A DNA stretch of 63,851 nt, filler included, from Candidatus Zhuqueibacterota bacterium (GTDB taxonomy: Bacteria > BS750m-G25): assembly GCA_016783505.1 (NCBI GenBank). It is 4 parts of 4 records of this genome, joined end to end, with 100 filler letters (N's around TTAATTAATTAA, not from the genome) between each part and the next. Parts side by side here need not be neighbours in the genome. Positions count along the whole stretch, not along the records: positions 1 to 27,683 come from JADHWK010000034.1; 3 more parts are not named here. One strand, 5' to 3'. The position numbers were made by a program, and so were the translations under genes. Below are positions 8,994 to 19,180 of this stretch, in pieces. Each line of letters starts with the position of its first letter. Positions within the stretch are counted from its first letter, which is position 1. A model generated the notes under the pieces. That model searched no databases, was not told the DNA's origin, and saw only the letters and a list, made by a program, of their open reading frames with translations.

Positions 8994-9833
8994 CTAGGTT
9001 GTCTCGTTTGGTTTGATTCCACAAACCTTTATACTTATAACCGAACTTGCAACTTCCTTCACTTTCTCAGATGGTATTTTTAAATTATCAATGAGCGCCT
9101 TTGCAGTTGGATCATTAGCCATAAACTCGATAGGGAAAGAAGTCTCATCAACTATGTTGACTTCATGAAAACCAGCCTCTCTTATCGCTTCTATGTACTC
9201 GTCCTTTAATATTGCACCGGAAAGGCAACCGATATATGCCTCAATAGAATTCTTTATGAAATCAGGAAGTTCCTTCAATAAAACTATATCAGAGATCATC
9301 AGCCTACCACCTGGTTTCAGCGCCCTGAACGATTCCATGAAAACCCCTCTTTTATCGGGTGAGAGGTTGATAACACAATTTGAGATGACCACATCAATAG
9401 AATTATCAGCAACTGGTAGATTTTCAATCTCTCCGAGCCTGAACTCTACATTTCCGTAGTTGCCTTTCTGGGCGTTTTCTCTCGCCTTTTCAATCATCTC
9501 TGGTGTCATGTCTACACCGATAACTTTTCCATTTTTCCCAACTTTATCAGCAGCAAGAAAGCAATCGAATCCGGCACCGGAACCAAGATCAAGCACAGTC
9601 TCACCTTCGCTCAAAGAGGCAAGAGCGATAGGATTCCCACAGCCGAGGCCTAAATTTGCCCCCTCAGGAACGGCTTGGAGCTCTTCTTCCGTATACCCTA
9701 TCGTCTTACTAATATCCTGTGCTAAATCAGTACTTCCACAGCAGGAATCAATAGGAACGCAACAGGAGCTATCCTGTTTGGCAATTTTGGCATAGCCCTC
9801 TCTTACGACTTTTTTTGTCTCTTCTTTCCTCAT
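8994..9833 (-). CDS. arsM: Arsenite S-adenosylmethionine methyltransferase
   Basis: CC..CC N-terminus, LGLGCGNP, VLDLGSGAGFD, ISNCVINL, YIGCLSGA; RBS GGAGGAG before ATG 9833. Confidence 0.92.
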   Translation of the reverse strand: MRKEETKKVVREGYAKIAKQDSSCCVPIDSCCGSTDLAQDISKTIGYTEEELQAVPEGANLGLGCGNPIALASLSEGETVLDLGSGAGFDCFLAADKVGKNGKVIGVDMTPEMIEKARENAQKGNYGNVEFRLGEIENLPVADNSIDVVISNCVINLSPDKRGVFMESFRALKPGGRLMISDIVLLKELPDFIKNSIEAYIGCLSGAILKDEYIEAIREAGFHEVNIVDETSFPIEFMANDPTAKALIDNLKIPSEKVKEVASSVISIKVCGIKPNETT

Positions 9834-9863
9834 TTTAAACTCCTCCAAAGTTATTTACCAATA

Positions 9864-9995
9864 TCATTTTGCTATTATCTCTTTCATCACTGGACCTAGC
9901 ATATCTTTCACCATCCCTGCAAGATCTTCAACTTTAATTAAAGAAATACAGCACAGCTCCCCATCTTTTTCCCAAAATAAAAGAAAATTGGCCAT
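9864..9995 (-). pseudogene. C-terminal remnant of an HgcC-like (AbrB-fold, hgcAB-associated) protein
   Basis: ..WEKDGELCCISLIKVEDLAGMVKDMLGPVMKEIIAK*; the N-terminal half is missing; lies directly upstream of arsM. Confidence 0.6.
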
Positions 9996-10187
9996 TTGGC
10001 GAATAAGGGGAATTCTTCCTGTCGCACTTAGTGAGATTTTCCCTGTGGTCAGCTAATAACTTTACAACAGGATTTCTTGTCTTAACACATCCAATTTGAA
10101 TTGTCAAAGCACCTACCGTGAAGAATATCTCTCAGGGAAGCTGATTTGCGATAGCAAAACTTTATAGATGTGCTGTGTCAGGTAGTA

Positions 10188-10940
10188 TCATTCTCTCCTG
10201 TCACTTCCTTGCCTCCGGTGCTTTAGAAACCACTCATAGAGTTCTGGATTATTGTACGTCTCCGTCCAAGAATCATGACCGGCTTCCGGATATACCGTAA
10301 ACTTCACGTTACCTCCACATTCTCTAAGGGCATTAACCATCTCTTCAGATTTTTTGATTGGAACGACATTATCCTTGGCACCGTGAAATACCCAAACGGG
10401 GACGTGTTTTAATTTGCATGCCTCTAATGGGTTTCCTCCTCCACAAATAGAGGCAATTGCGGCAAATCTATCGGGATACTCAATGGCAAGATTCCAGGTG
10501 CCAAAACCACCCATGCTAAGACCGGTTACATAAATCCGATCCTTATCAACTCGATATCTAGTAACGACCTCATCTAAGAGAGCATTCAGGAAATCGTTGG
10601 ACCACCATCCATCTTTTGGACATTGCGGAGATACTAAAATAAAAGGGAAATCTTCCTGCTCCTCTACAATCTTTGGTGGACCGTGTCTTTTGATTAATTC
10701 CAGATCATCACCCCGCTCTCCAGCACCATGAAGGAAAAGAATCAGGGGCCAACGCTTCTTTTCTTCTACATAGTCCTTAGGCAAAAATAGCAAATATCTG
10801 CCGCTTACAATTTTGGTGATTTTTCTCTCAAATACTTGCGGATGTTGACCAATTGGGGGGTTCAATCCCGTCATGATTGATGCACAACCCGCAAGAAGCA
10901 ACAGGATAGTTATAAAGCATATTGAAATAAAAGTCTTCAT
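10188..10940 (-). CDS. Alpha/beta hydrolase lipoprotein (phospholipase/carboxylesterase or peptidase)
   Basis: Lipobox LLAGC, FLHGAGERG, nucleophile GLSMGG, FHGAKD, GHDSW. Confidence 0.88.
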   Translation of the reverse strand: MKTFISICFITILLLLAGCASIMTGLNPPIGQHPQVFERKITKIVSGRYLLFLPKDYVEEKKRWPLILFLHGAGERGDDLELIKRHGPPKIVEEQEDFPFILVSPQCPKDGWWSNDFLNALLDEVVTRYRVDKDRIYVTGLSMGGFGTWNLAIEYPDRFAAIASICGGGNPLEACKLKHVPVWVFHGAKDNVVPIKKSEEMVNALRECGGNVKFTVYPEAGHDSWTETYNNPELYEWFLKHRRQGSDRRE

Positions 10941-10953
10941 ATCATAAATTGTT

Positions 10954-11364
10954 TCAAACATATTCCAACATCTTATCGAGAGCCCCCTGGGCCCTTCTTT
11001 GAATCCCTTCTGGAATCTCTATCTTATATCTATCCTCGACCAATGAATAATAGACATCCTCCAGACCGGTGATCTTCATGTTGCTGTACATGAGTACCCG
11101 GGAAGCAGCGTAGAACTCTTTCTGTGGATTTTCCTTTTTAAGACGGTATATCATTCCCTCCTCGGTCCCTATCAATAACTTTTTTGCCGTTGATTCTCCA
11201 GCGAACCTCACCATTCCCGATGTTGACAAAACTTCATCGGCAAGGTCAATTACCACCGGATCACATTCGGGATGGACCAGAAGCAGAGCATCCGGATGCC
11301 TTTGTTTTGCCTGTAAAACATCCTCACTTCTGATTCTCCTGTGAACATAAAAGTATCCGTCCTA
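10954..11364 (-). pseudogene. nadA: Quinolinate synthase NadA C-terminal remnant
   Basis: *DGYFYVHRRI..LLVHPECDPVV..STSGM..IGTEEG..MYSNMK..ALDKML: truncated, stop at the conserved W, and the Fe-S Cys positions are replaced. Confidence 0.8.
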
Positions 11365-11401
11365 ATGGACAAAAACATATCAATCCTTGTCCCCCTTGGG
11401 A

Positions 11402-11566
11402 TCATCTCCCCTTCATGGTTGGTCTGCCATTTTTTAGGGTAACCTTCGTTATAATTTTTGGCTTGTCGGCATCTACTACTTCCCCACAGTCACATGTAAT
11501 CTTTTTCCCAAACTGAAAAAGGGTAATGTCATACTGCTTACCGCACTTTGGACATTGAACGGCCAT
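11402..11566 (-). CDS. Small zinc-ribbon protein (54 aa, possibly truncated)
   Basis: MAVQCPKCGKQYDITLFQFGKKITCDCGEVV; below the ORF-track length cut-off. Confidence 0.6.
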   Translation of the reverse strand: MAVQCPKCGKQYDITLFQFGKKITCDCGEVVDADKPKIITKVTLKNGRPTMKGR

Positions 11567-11804
11567 GGTTATCCCACCAGCAAGAACCTCTTTAGCATCA
11601 CAAATTCTTTAGCCCGGATTAACTAGTGATTCACTACAGAGATATTGACAGGTTTATTTCCGTAGTGGATATTTATCTTCAAATTAGTACCACGCTTTCA
11701 CTGGGTAAAATGAAGCCGCACCCCGAAGATTCGGAGTGCGACTTTACCATTTATTCAGTCACCTGACCGATTTTTTAAGAAGTTGCCTCATATAGACGGC
11801 TAGT

Positions 11805-11894
11805 GGCTTATTTCGGCTCACAATAATCCCCGGAATGCGCCGATTCTTCTTGACCAGCGGGGGCTAGGGGCGATCACTCGCCGATGTTCTCCGT
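11805..11894 (-). repeat. Diverged duplicate of the transglutaminase gene 3' end (copy of 16446-16535)
   Basis: About 12 mismatches in 90 bp; reads TENIGE*SPLAPAGQEESAHSGDYCEPK* versus TENIGEWSPLTPAGKEESVQPGDYCEPK*. Confidence 0.92.
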
Positions 11895-11948
11895 AAAACC
11901 ACCAAAAGTCTTTTAGCTATAGGTATAGGATGTGCCATTCTATTAACT

Positions 11949-14900
11949 TTAATGCTCATTACAGTACTTCATCATAACATTATGTACTCTTAGAGCCTGA
12001 ATGACAAATGTCTCCAGCCGTGCCTCGATAAGCTGAGGGAATGGGCTGCCATCGCTCTCTATAGCCAGGAAGGGCATATTGGGCACCTCGCTTGTTACCT
12101 GGTCAGTCATTCTATCCTTTCTGAACCGCATCAAATGTTCCCTGTCCATCTTCAGGTTTAGTATTGACTCGCTTAGACGGTTGGGCATACATCCAAACGG
12201 ACCGATGGCGATAGACCCGCAGAATTCTGTTCCTACCTCAGCCATGGGACCACCCACTGTGAGGATCGCCTCACCGGTCAGATTACGGGAAATGAAGTTC
12301 TCTCCTACCTCGATTACATGATCCATTTCCACTATACGAGGTATGTACCATCCCGATTCTGCCATTATCCGTTTGACATCTCTTTCAACCCTGACCATGA
12401 TTTTATGTTTCGCTTTGTTTAATAGAAGAGTTTTGAAGCTCACAGCCTTATCTGACAATTTGTGTTCAAGACACCAATCAACATAATACATCCATTCGTG
12501 CATAGGAGCTACATAAGATACAATACCACTTTCTGCAAGGCGTTCAGGAAGCCAACGTCGAGACAAACCCTCCTTACGCACATATATTTCGCCTACGACC
12601 AGAACTTGGGGTGCATCCCTTAGCGGCTTTTTCTGAGGTATTCGCTTCAGGTCTGCCACTGCTTGCTTAAGAGCTTCCTGAGTACTACTTTTTCCATCTT
12701 CAAGTCCCTTAACAACATAGGACCAGATAGCCTGAAGCTCCTCTAAAGCTTTATCCCGATCTTCGGCAACAGCAAGGATGGAATTGTATATATCCTCAAA
12801 CACATCAGCAATAACAACTGCATTCCAGCCCTGTAGTATGAACTCCGTCCCCAGGCCTCCGTAGGCATCTTCACCATCCAGTGACATAAAAGCTACATTT
12901 TTCATCTTATGCTTTTTCACAAAGTCACGCATGAAAATCTGATACTGCCCGAACCTGCATGGTCCATTAGCAGTGGGCATAAAGTAAACTGTAACCTCGT
13001 TTTGAGACCGTGCATCACGGAGATATTTTAAAAGAGCACCAGTGGTCAATTGTAACGGAAGACACTCTTTACACATTGTATTGCCTCGCCCAAGCTTCAG
13101 GTCCTCCTCATCCATAGCGGGTAAGGCTACCACTTTGATTCCCTGATTCCTGATTGCCGCGCTTATCCCCTGCGTTCCAAACTGGCTCATGGAGGGAATA
13201 ACGAGAGTTACACGAGGATCAAATAATGAAATCTCCTCTCCTTCCGAGGTGGTTATAAGGAATCTCTTATTATCGAATCTGGTTATTGCAGGCTGGAATT
13301 TTTCGAACCCTTTTGCTTTCTGCTCCTTGCTTGCCTGCAATTTTCGATAACGAGCAACTATGTCCAAAAATGCCTCTACCCGAGTCTCAAGACCAGCATC
13401 AGCTGTATGATTGTCCAACTCAAGTGTCAGTGATGGCTTTCTACCCATGATATCCCTGAAGTACCCAACAATGAACGAGTCAGGACCACACGAGAAATTG
13501 GTGATAAACGTTCCGAATAATTGGGGATGATCCTTAATGCCCATAGCACCTTTCAGGATAATTTGGCCCATAGACCAATACATGTGTTCCTTGACAGGGT
13601 ACTTTTTAAGGTCAAGAAAATCGTCGGGAATAATCGTGATACCCCGAGAGGCAAACTTGTGGGGGATACCCTTATTCGCCTCGGGCACAAAGGCATTGTA
13701 CGACCTTCCGAACAGGACAATACCAATCCTGTCGTGATCTCTCTCGATCTCGTGAATGGTCTTTTTCCCTAACTCAACCATGTATTCTTGCATTTGCTCT
13801 TGGACGTCGCGTGCCTTATCAAAGGCAGCTCCTGCCTTCTTTTTACTCACACCCAGTTCAGATGCCATAGACTTGAATGCCTCCTTCTGTTTACCTGTAC
13901 TAGATGCGAGATCTATGAAAGGTGCGATAATTATTGGTCCATTGAGCAACTGGTCCTCGAAAGCACTACGCAAATAGTATGGTTCACCCTGTAACAGGGG
14001 ACACAGTTTCGACGGATAGTACCCATTTTCGACCTTTACACCAGGTATATGGGGAAGGAAAATATAATCTGGATTAATATCCAGAAGGTTCTTAAAATAA
14101 CCATGGGATATCTCGCATGGGAAACAAAAGGGTGCCGAGCGCTGGTCCACTCCATCCGGGTCCACCTCCTTTGACAGTACAGGCCGAAAACCTAACTCCT
14201 TAAAGAAATGAGCAAACAATGGATAGTATGTGTTTGTCAGGAAAGACCTTAAGATGCCTACTGTGGGTGCACCTTCGGGCAGGTCGGTCAGATCGGGAGC
14301 AAACTCATCGAACACCAACTTCTGCCGTAGAACAACCAAGTCATGCTTCCCCGGGTCCATCTTGATCTTGTGACGGATATTATAATACCTGTTGCATGCG
14401 CCCCCAAAGGGATATGTCTTACCCTCAATGACCACGCGGTTAATAGAACACCCAAGATCACACTTTTCTTTACCCCCGGGACATGTAAAGGATTCTTTAT
14501 ATTCCACCTCGCGGTTGACCAATGTTTCAAGCTCGAACAGTTGTTCCTTCATCAAGTTCCGATCAAGCCGATGTTTAATTTCAAGGGCAACACCGTAAGC
14601 ACCTATTAATCCCGGTTCAGGTGGCACGATGATCTCTTTACCGGATAATGCCGCCATGGCTATTGGCACTGAACGGTTGTAGCAAACCCCTCCCTGCATG
14701 AAGACTTTCTTTCCCACAGGTCGCGCCCCCTTGACCCGATTCACATAGTTCATACAAATGGAATACACCAGACCTGCAACAATGTCCTCCTTTGGTATAC
14801 CCTCGTGAAATGTGTTTTTAATGTCCGATGATATGAAGGCTGCGCACTGGTCGTTAAAGTTCGGGGGGCGATTACCCTTCATAGCCCAATCGGCGATGTC

Positions 14901-16244
14901 CTCCATTTCGATGCCCAGGGTCTCTTTTGCAGACTCTTCAAGGAACGACCCGGTGCCTGCGGAACAAGCCTCATTCATGGCATAGTCGCTCGCTACACCA
15001 TTTGTCACCAATGTGTATTTTGCATCCTGACCACCTATTTCGAATATAGTATCTACATCGGGATCAAAGTGAAGAGAGGCGGTGGCATGTGCTATTATCT
15101 CATTGATTACACCGTCAGTAAGTGCATGTAGTCCCGCTATTTTTCTGCCAGAACCGGTCACACCCAGCCCACGAATGACTACTTTTGTGCCATTCAACTG
15201 GTTCAGAAGGGTCTTATAACATTTTCGTGAAGCTCCCACCGGATCGCCATTCGTTCGAAGGTACTCACTGGCGAGTATCTTCAGGTCTGACTCGCGCAAC
15301 AGGACGATCTTGGTCGTAGTCGAACCGACGTCCAATCCCAAGATGCACCTGTCATCAGCCCGTGGCCTCCCCCGCTTCATCTGAGCAAAGGTTACCATAT
15401 GCTCGAAATCACATAATGGTCGGTGGTAATCGAATTGTGATATACGTTTGGTGAAGAGTTGGCTTAGATCATCAAAAGGCCTTGTCTCATTATCCAAAGC
15501 CCAGAGAGCAGCCCCAAGAGCCTCAAAATAAGTCGCCTCCTTTGGTACATTCAAGTTACTAATCTCACGTCCAAGATAATCAATCATAACCTTATTTTTA
15601 GTCGTGCCGCCAACAACCATAACGTTCTCTTTCGGTATATTTTTGAGCAATTCGAGGACCTTACTTGCCATCATCTCGCACAAACCAGCCACCACCCGAC
15701 CTTTGGGCACACCTTTATTGGTCGCATGTGTACAATCGCTCTTACAAAAAACTGAACATCGGCCGGACACATAATACGGTTCTTCATGCTGTGCATACCT
15801 GATTGCTTCCTTTATGCTTACATCCATTCGCCTTGTCTGCTGGATAAAGAATTCACCCGTTCCGGAAGCGCATTTATTCCCTGTATAGACTTTACTAATC
15901 TTTCCAGAGTTGTCAAGTTTATAGACAATAAAAGTCTCCCCACCGGCACTTATGATAGCACTATACGGCTTATTATCACCATTGACATACTTCAATGAGC
16001 ATTCGATAGCTAGCGGCTCTGAGATGCGGCTCAGGTTAAGGAAATCCTTAAATCTCCGACCAGTGACAGCAATTGAATCAATTTTTTTCAGATCAAGCTG
16101 CCCTAGCAAGTTTTTCACTACGTGTTTGGGGTTTCCCTCATGTGCATGAGATAGGACATTGTTAATCCCTATCTCCTTTCCATTCTTTTCAACATCAACC
16201 AGAGTTATTGTTGATGCTCCACAACAAAGACCTATTGAGCGCAT
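11949..16244 (-). CDS. CoA-substrate-specific enzyme activase (two BcrAD/BadFG ASKHA ATPase domains plus DUF2229-type Fe-S domains)
   Basis: 1431 aa; KCASGTG, GRCSVFCKSD, GLDVGSTTTK, EIGGQDAK, NEACSAGTGSF, CFPC, NFSCGPD, GPCRFGQY, PFGCMP. Confidence 0.92.
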   Translation of the reverse strand: MRSIGLCCGASTITLVDVEKNGKEIGINNVLSHAHEGNPKHVVKNLLGQLDLKKIDSIAVTGRRFKDFLNLSRISEPLAIECSLKYVNGDNKPYSAIISAGGETFIVYKLDNSGKISKVYTGNKCASGTGEFFIQQTRRMDVSIKEAIRYAQHEEPYYVSGRCSVFCKSDCTHATNKGVPKGRVVAGLCEMMASKVLELLKNIPKENVMVVGGTTKNKVMIDYLGREISNLNVPKEATYFEALGAALWALDNETRPFDDLSQLFTKRISQFDYHRPLCDFEHMVTFAQMKRGRPRADDRCILGLDVGSTTTKIVLLRESDLKILASEYLRTNGDPVGASRKCYKTLLNQLNGTKVVIRGLGVTGSGRKIAGLHALTDGVINEIIAHATASLHFDPDVDTIFEIGGQDAKYTLVTNGVASDYAMNEACSAGTGSFLEESAKETLGIEMEDIADWAMKGNRPPNFNDQCAAFISSDIKNTFHEGIPKEDIVAGLVYSICMNYVNRVKGARPVGKKVFMQGGVCYNRSVPIAMAALSGKEIIVPPEPGLIGAYGVALEIKHRLDRNLMKEQLFELETLVNREVEYKESFTCPGGKEKCDLGCSINRVVIEGKTYPFGGACNRYYNIRHKIKMDPGKHDLVVLRQKLVFDEFAPDLTDLPEGAPTVGILRSFLTNTYYPLFAHFFKELGFRPVLSKEVDPDGVDQRSAPFCFPCEISHGYFKNLLDINPDYIFLPHIPGVKVENGYYPSKLCPLLQGEPYYLRSAFEDQLLNGPIIIAPFIDLASSTGKQKEAFKSMASELGVSKKKAGAAFDKARDVQEQMQEYMVELGKKTIHEIERDHDRIGIVLFGRSYNAFVPEANKGIPHKFASRGITIIPDDFLDLKKYPVKEHMYWSMGQIILKGAMGIKDHPQLFGTFITNFSCGPDSFIVGYFRDIMGRKPSLTLELDNHTADAGLETRVEAFLDIVARYRKLQASKEQKAKGFEKFQPAITRFDNKRFLITTSEGEEISLFDPRVTLVIPSMSQFGTQGISAAIRNQGIKVVALPAMDEEDLKLGRGNTMCKECLPLQLTTGALLKYLRDARSQNEVTVYFMPTANGPCRFGQYQIFMRDFVKKHKMKNVAFMSLDGEDAYGGLGTEFILQGWNAVVIADVFEDIYNSILAVAEDRDKALEELQAIWSYVVKGLEDGKSSTQEALKQAVADLKRIPQKKPLRDAPQVLVVGEIYVRKEGLSRRWLPERLAESGIVSYVAPMHEWMYYVDWCLEHKLSDKAVSFKTLLLNKAKHKIMVRVERDVKRIMAESGWYIPRIVEMDHVIEVGENFISRNLTGEAILTVGGPMAEVGTEFCGSIAIGPFGCMPNRLSESILNLKMDREHLMRFRKDRMTDQVTSEVPNMPFLAIESDGSPFPQLIEARLETFVIQALRVHNVMMKYCNEH

Positions 16245-16448
16245 TATTTCAAATCTCCATCAACATTTATTTGTTATATATTTACAACTATATTTGTATA
16301 TATCTCCTTACAATCTTCTAATCTTCCCTTCAACACAAAGATAAAACTTCTTCTTGTTCCCAAAATGAGTTCAGGAATTGATTTAGGTTTAAATTTATTA
16401 TATTGTTTTTAAAATTTCAAGAGTTTTTTGATTTTTCTCACCCTAGGC

Positions 16449-18113
16449 TTATTTTGGCTCACAATAATCCCCGGGCTGCACCGATTCTTCTTTGCCTGCC
16501 GGGGTCAGGGGCGACCACTCACCGATGTTCTCCGTCTCCACCTTACATTTTCCGATCGCTGTCCAGCGGTCGTTGGAATTGTAGGTCCAGCCCAGGTATT
16601 CCGAATCCCCCCCGCTGATTGTAGTGATCAGACAGCGGTTAGAGGCATACCCGAACCCGTCAGCTTGTCCGGCTGGTGTCTCCTTATCCCCCCGGGAGGG
16701 ATCCACGGGAATCCAGCCGTAGGGGGGGAGATAAATTTCCACCCATCGGTGAAACACCTCGTCAGTCGAGGCATCATCCCCCCGCACTGCCACCGACCCC
16801 ACATAGCGGGCCGGCAGCCCCGCCGCCCGGCAGAGGGAGATGTAGACAAAGCTGTATTCAGAGCAGGAACCGCTCCCGCGGGCCAGCACCGTGGGAGCGA
16901 TGTTCCATCCGCCGGCTAACTCATAGAACATGTGCTCCAGCACGTAGCGGTAGATCTTACGGGCGATCCAATAGGGATTTTTCTCCTCTCCCACCGCCTC
17001 CCTGACGGCATTCTGGATCACCGGGTCTCCGAGGGCAAATTTTGGGGCATCTACTAAATATTTTTTACGGATTTCCTTAGGGATGTTCTTCAACCTTCCT
17101 ACCTTCTCAGGAAAGATAAAGTAATATATTTCATACATCCGCGCCTTTACAGTATAACCAGCGGAGGCGAATTTACCGCTTTCCAGCTCATCGAAATGAT
17201 AATGGGCTACCCGCTGTCCCCACTCATCGGTCAGAAAATCGGTGGGGGGAGGATTGAAACTGATCTCCCCCAGGATTTCCTGGTTGTCCAAATCCTGGGG
17301 AAGCGCCAGGTAAATATCCAGTCCCTTCACGGTCCCGGGGCCAAAGTTCCGGAATTCGTGGGTGTATTCCAATAGCTCCTCCTTGGGGTCCGTCCGGGAG
17401 AAGGAAATGTCATCCCCGATCTTTATCCGATAGACCCAGTCGGTCTGATAGTCAACGTTCCAGAGTGCTCCTTCATCCCAGGCCAGCCCCCTGGCGTAGG
17501 GACCGGGGGAGGGAAGGGAGAGGATCACCTCGCCCAGTTCCGGAGTTACCATATAGATACGATCCTGGATGCGGTCGGAGACCCATAGGTAACGGCCGTC
17601 GTAGGCCAGGCCCTGGGAGTCATCCGAAGGAGAGGGTATGGAACGAATGGTGGTTCCGTCATCGGTGCTGATCTGAAAAATGCGGTCCTCTTGCCCATCC
17701 GCCAACCACAGATTGGCTCCGTCCCAGGCCAGCCCCCCTGGACTGGGGGAGGGGGAATCAATGGCCTTCAGCATCATCCCTGACCGGGGGTCCAACTGAT
17801 AGACGACCCTTCGGGCTCGGTCGGCACACCACAGGTACTCCCTGTCAAAGGCCAGTCCCGCCGGATGATAGCCAGGGGTGGGGATAACCCGAATTACCGA
17901 ACCGTTCTTAGGATTTATTTGATATAGAGAATCCGTCTTCCGGTCGGCAGCCCACAGAAATTCCCCGTCAAAGGCAAGCCCGGTGGAACACCTACCGGGG
18001 GTGGGAAAGGAGATCAGAACATCCCCGGTCTCCGCAGATCCCAACGCCACCATTCCCATGACCACTCCCATAGCCAACCCCCACTTTCTCAACCCCATTA
18101 TCGCTTTTGCCAT
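16449..18113 (-). CDS. Secreted beta-propeller plus transglutaminase-like domain protein
   Basis: Signal peptide, five GLAFD/GLAWD..LW repeats, catalytic GSCSEY..CRAAGLPAR..HRWVE..DP; RBS GGAGG before ATG 18113. Confidence 0.88.
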   Translation of the reverse strand: MAKAIMGLRKWGLAMGVVMGMVALGSAETGDVLISFPTPGRCSTGLAFDGEFLWAADRKTDSLYQINPKNGSVIRVIPTPGYHPAGLAFDREYLWCADRARRVVYQLDPRSGMMLKAIDSPSPSPGGLAWDGANLWLADGQEDRIFQISTDDGTTIRSIPSPSDDSQGLAYDGRYLWVSDRIQDRIYMVTPELGEVILSLPSPGPYARGLAWDEGALWNVDYQTDWVYRIKIGDDISFSRTDPKEELLEYTHEFRNFGPGTVKGLDIYLALPQDLDNQEILGEISFNPPPTDFLTDEWGQRVAHYHFDELESGKFASAGYTVKARMYEIYYFIFPEKVGRLKNIPKEIRKKYLVDAPKFALGDPVIQNAVREAVGEEKNPYWIARKIYRYVLEHMFYELAGGWNIAPTVLARGSGSCSEYSFVYISLCRAAGLPARYVGSVAVRGDDASTDEVFHRWVEIYLPPYGWIPVDPSRGDKETPAGQADGFGYASNRCLITTISGGDSEYLGWTYNSNDRWTAIGKCKVETENIGEWSPLTPAGKEESVQPGDYCEPK

Positions 18114-18193
18114 TTTTCCTCCAAAAACCATAAAAAACGCCGGCTTTACACGGAGCAAGCCCAACCAGTTTTGAACTTCCGATAATGTCTAAG

Positions 18194-18652
18194 TTACCAG
18201 GTGATGGTGCTCCGGAACAGCATATTGGTATCCCGGAGGCGTTTGGCCACCGTGCGGGCCAGGGTGCCCATGATCATAAACCCCAGGTGGTGGTCCCCCT
18301 CCATCAGTCGCTTCAGGGCCTCCTTTTCGATCACCAGCACCCTCACATCATCAGCCGCTTCCACCGTCGCCGACCGGGGGGAATCGTCCAGAAAGGACAA
18401 TTCACCGAAAACCTCGCCCTCCTTCAAAGTCTGGATGACTTCCTTTTTAGGACTATCGGCCTTGATACGGATTTTGACCCGCACCCGCCCTTGCTCCACG
18501 ATGTAGATGTCACCACCACGGCTGTCCTCCGCAAGGATTACTTCATCCTTGGAAAACGATCGCCGCTGGGCAATAGTCGCCAGTTTGCCCAATTCCTCCT
18601 CGCTTAATCCCTGGATCAGGGGCACACTTTTTAAAACATCCTTAACTTCCAT
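18194..18652 (-). CDS. Cyclic nucleotide-binding domain protein
   Basis: GEVFGELSFLDDSPRSATV phosphate-binding cassette; no HTH; RBS GGAGGAGG before ATG 18652. Confidence 0.88.
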   Translation of the reverse strand: MEVKDVLKSVPLIQGLSEEELGKLATIAQRRSFSKDEVILAEDSRGGDIYIVEQGRVRVKIRIKADSPKKEVIQTLKEGEVFGELSFLDDSPRSATVEAADDVRVLVIEKEALKRLMEGDHHLGFMIMGTLARTVAKRLRDTNMLFRSTITW

Positions 18653-19180
18653 AGCCTCCTCCTGTTTTAATATCCAAGAATTCTCCAGAAGCGCCGGGTT
18701 CCTTTTCATCGTTGATGCTTCTTTATACCCTTACGGTGTTTTCCTCGCCGTTTTTTTTTCCTCTTCTTTCTGACAGCCATGACCATCCTCCGATAAGATA
18801 AGCTGATGTTGCCCTATCTAAACAACTTGGAATTTCTACAAATGATTTATATTGTAGTTAAACAACCAAAGTTTAAAGTTGATAATAAGCAATCGGTCAG
18901 ACGCTCGACTGATTGACAATAGCCAGTCTAAACCCCCTTGAAACCAAAATATTATATCATTAGCTCTTCCGGCGATACTTCTCGGGATGTTCAATCATAT
19001 AATTTAACAATTAAATCTCTAAGACTCCGCAACACGGTATTCTCTTTATTATTTATTGCCAACTGCTTACTGCCAGCTGCCTTCGGTTATTGGCAATCCC
19101 TGTCGGTCAGGTTAGTCAGATGTCCGATTTATTTGAATTTGTTTCGTGCTTAGGATTTTTCTTGGAAAGGAGCTGGATGT

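Noticed and set aside
11874-11876. TGA in the duplicated transglutaminase tail as selenocysteine
   Set aside because: It replaces a Trp codon in a start-less fragment; simple decay. No convincing selenoprotein ORF was found in the window, and arsM has no in-frame TGA.
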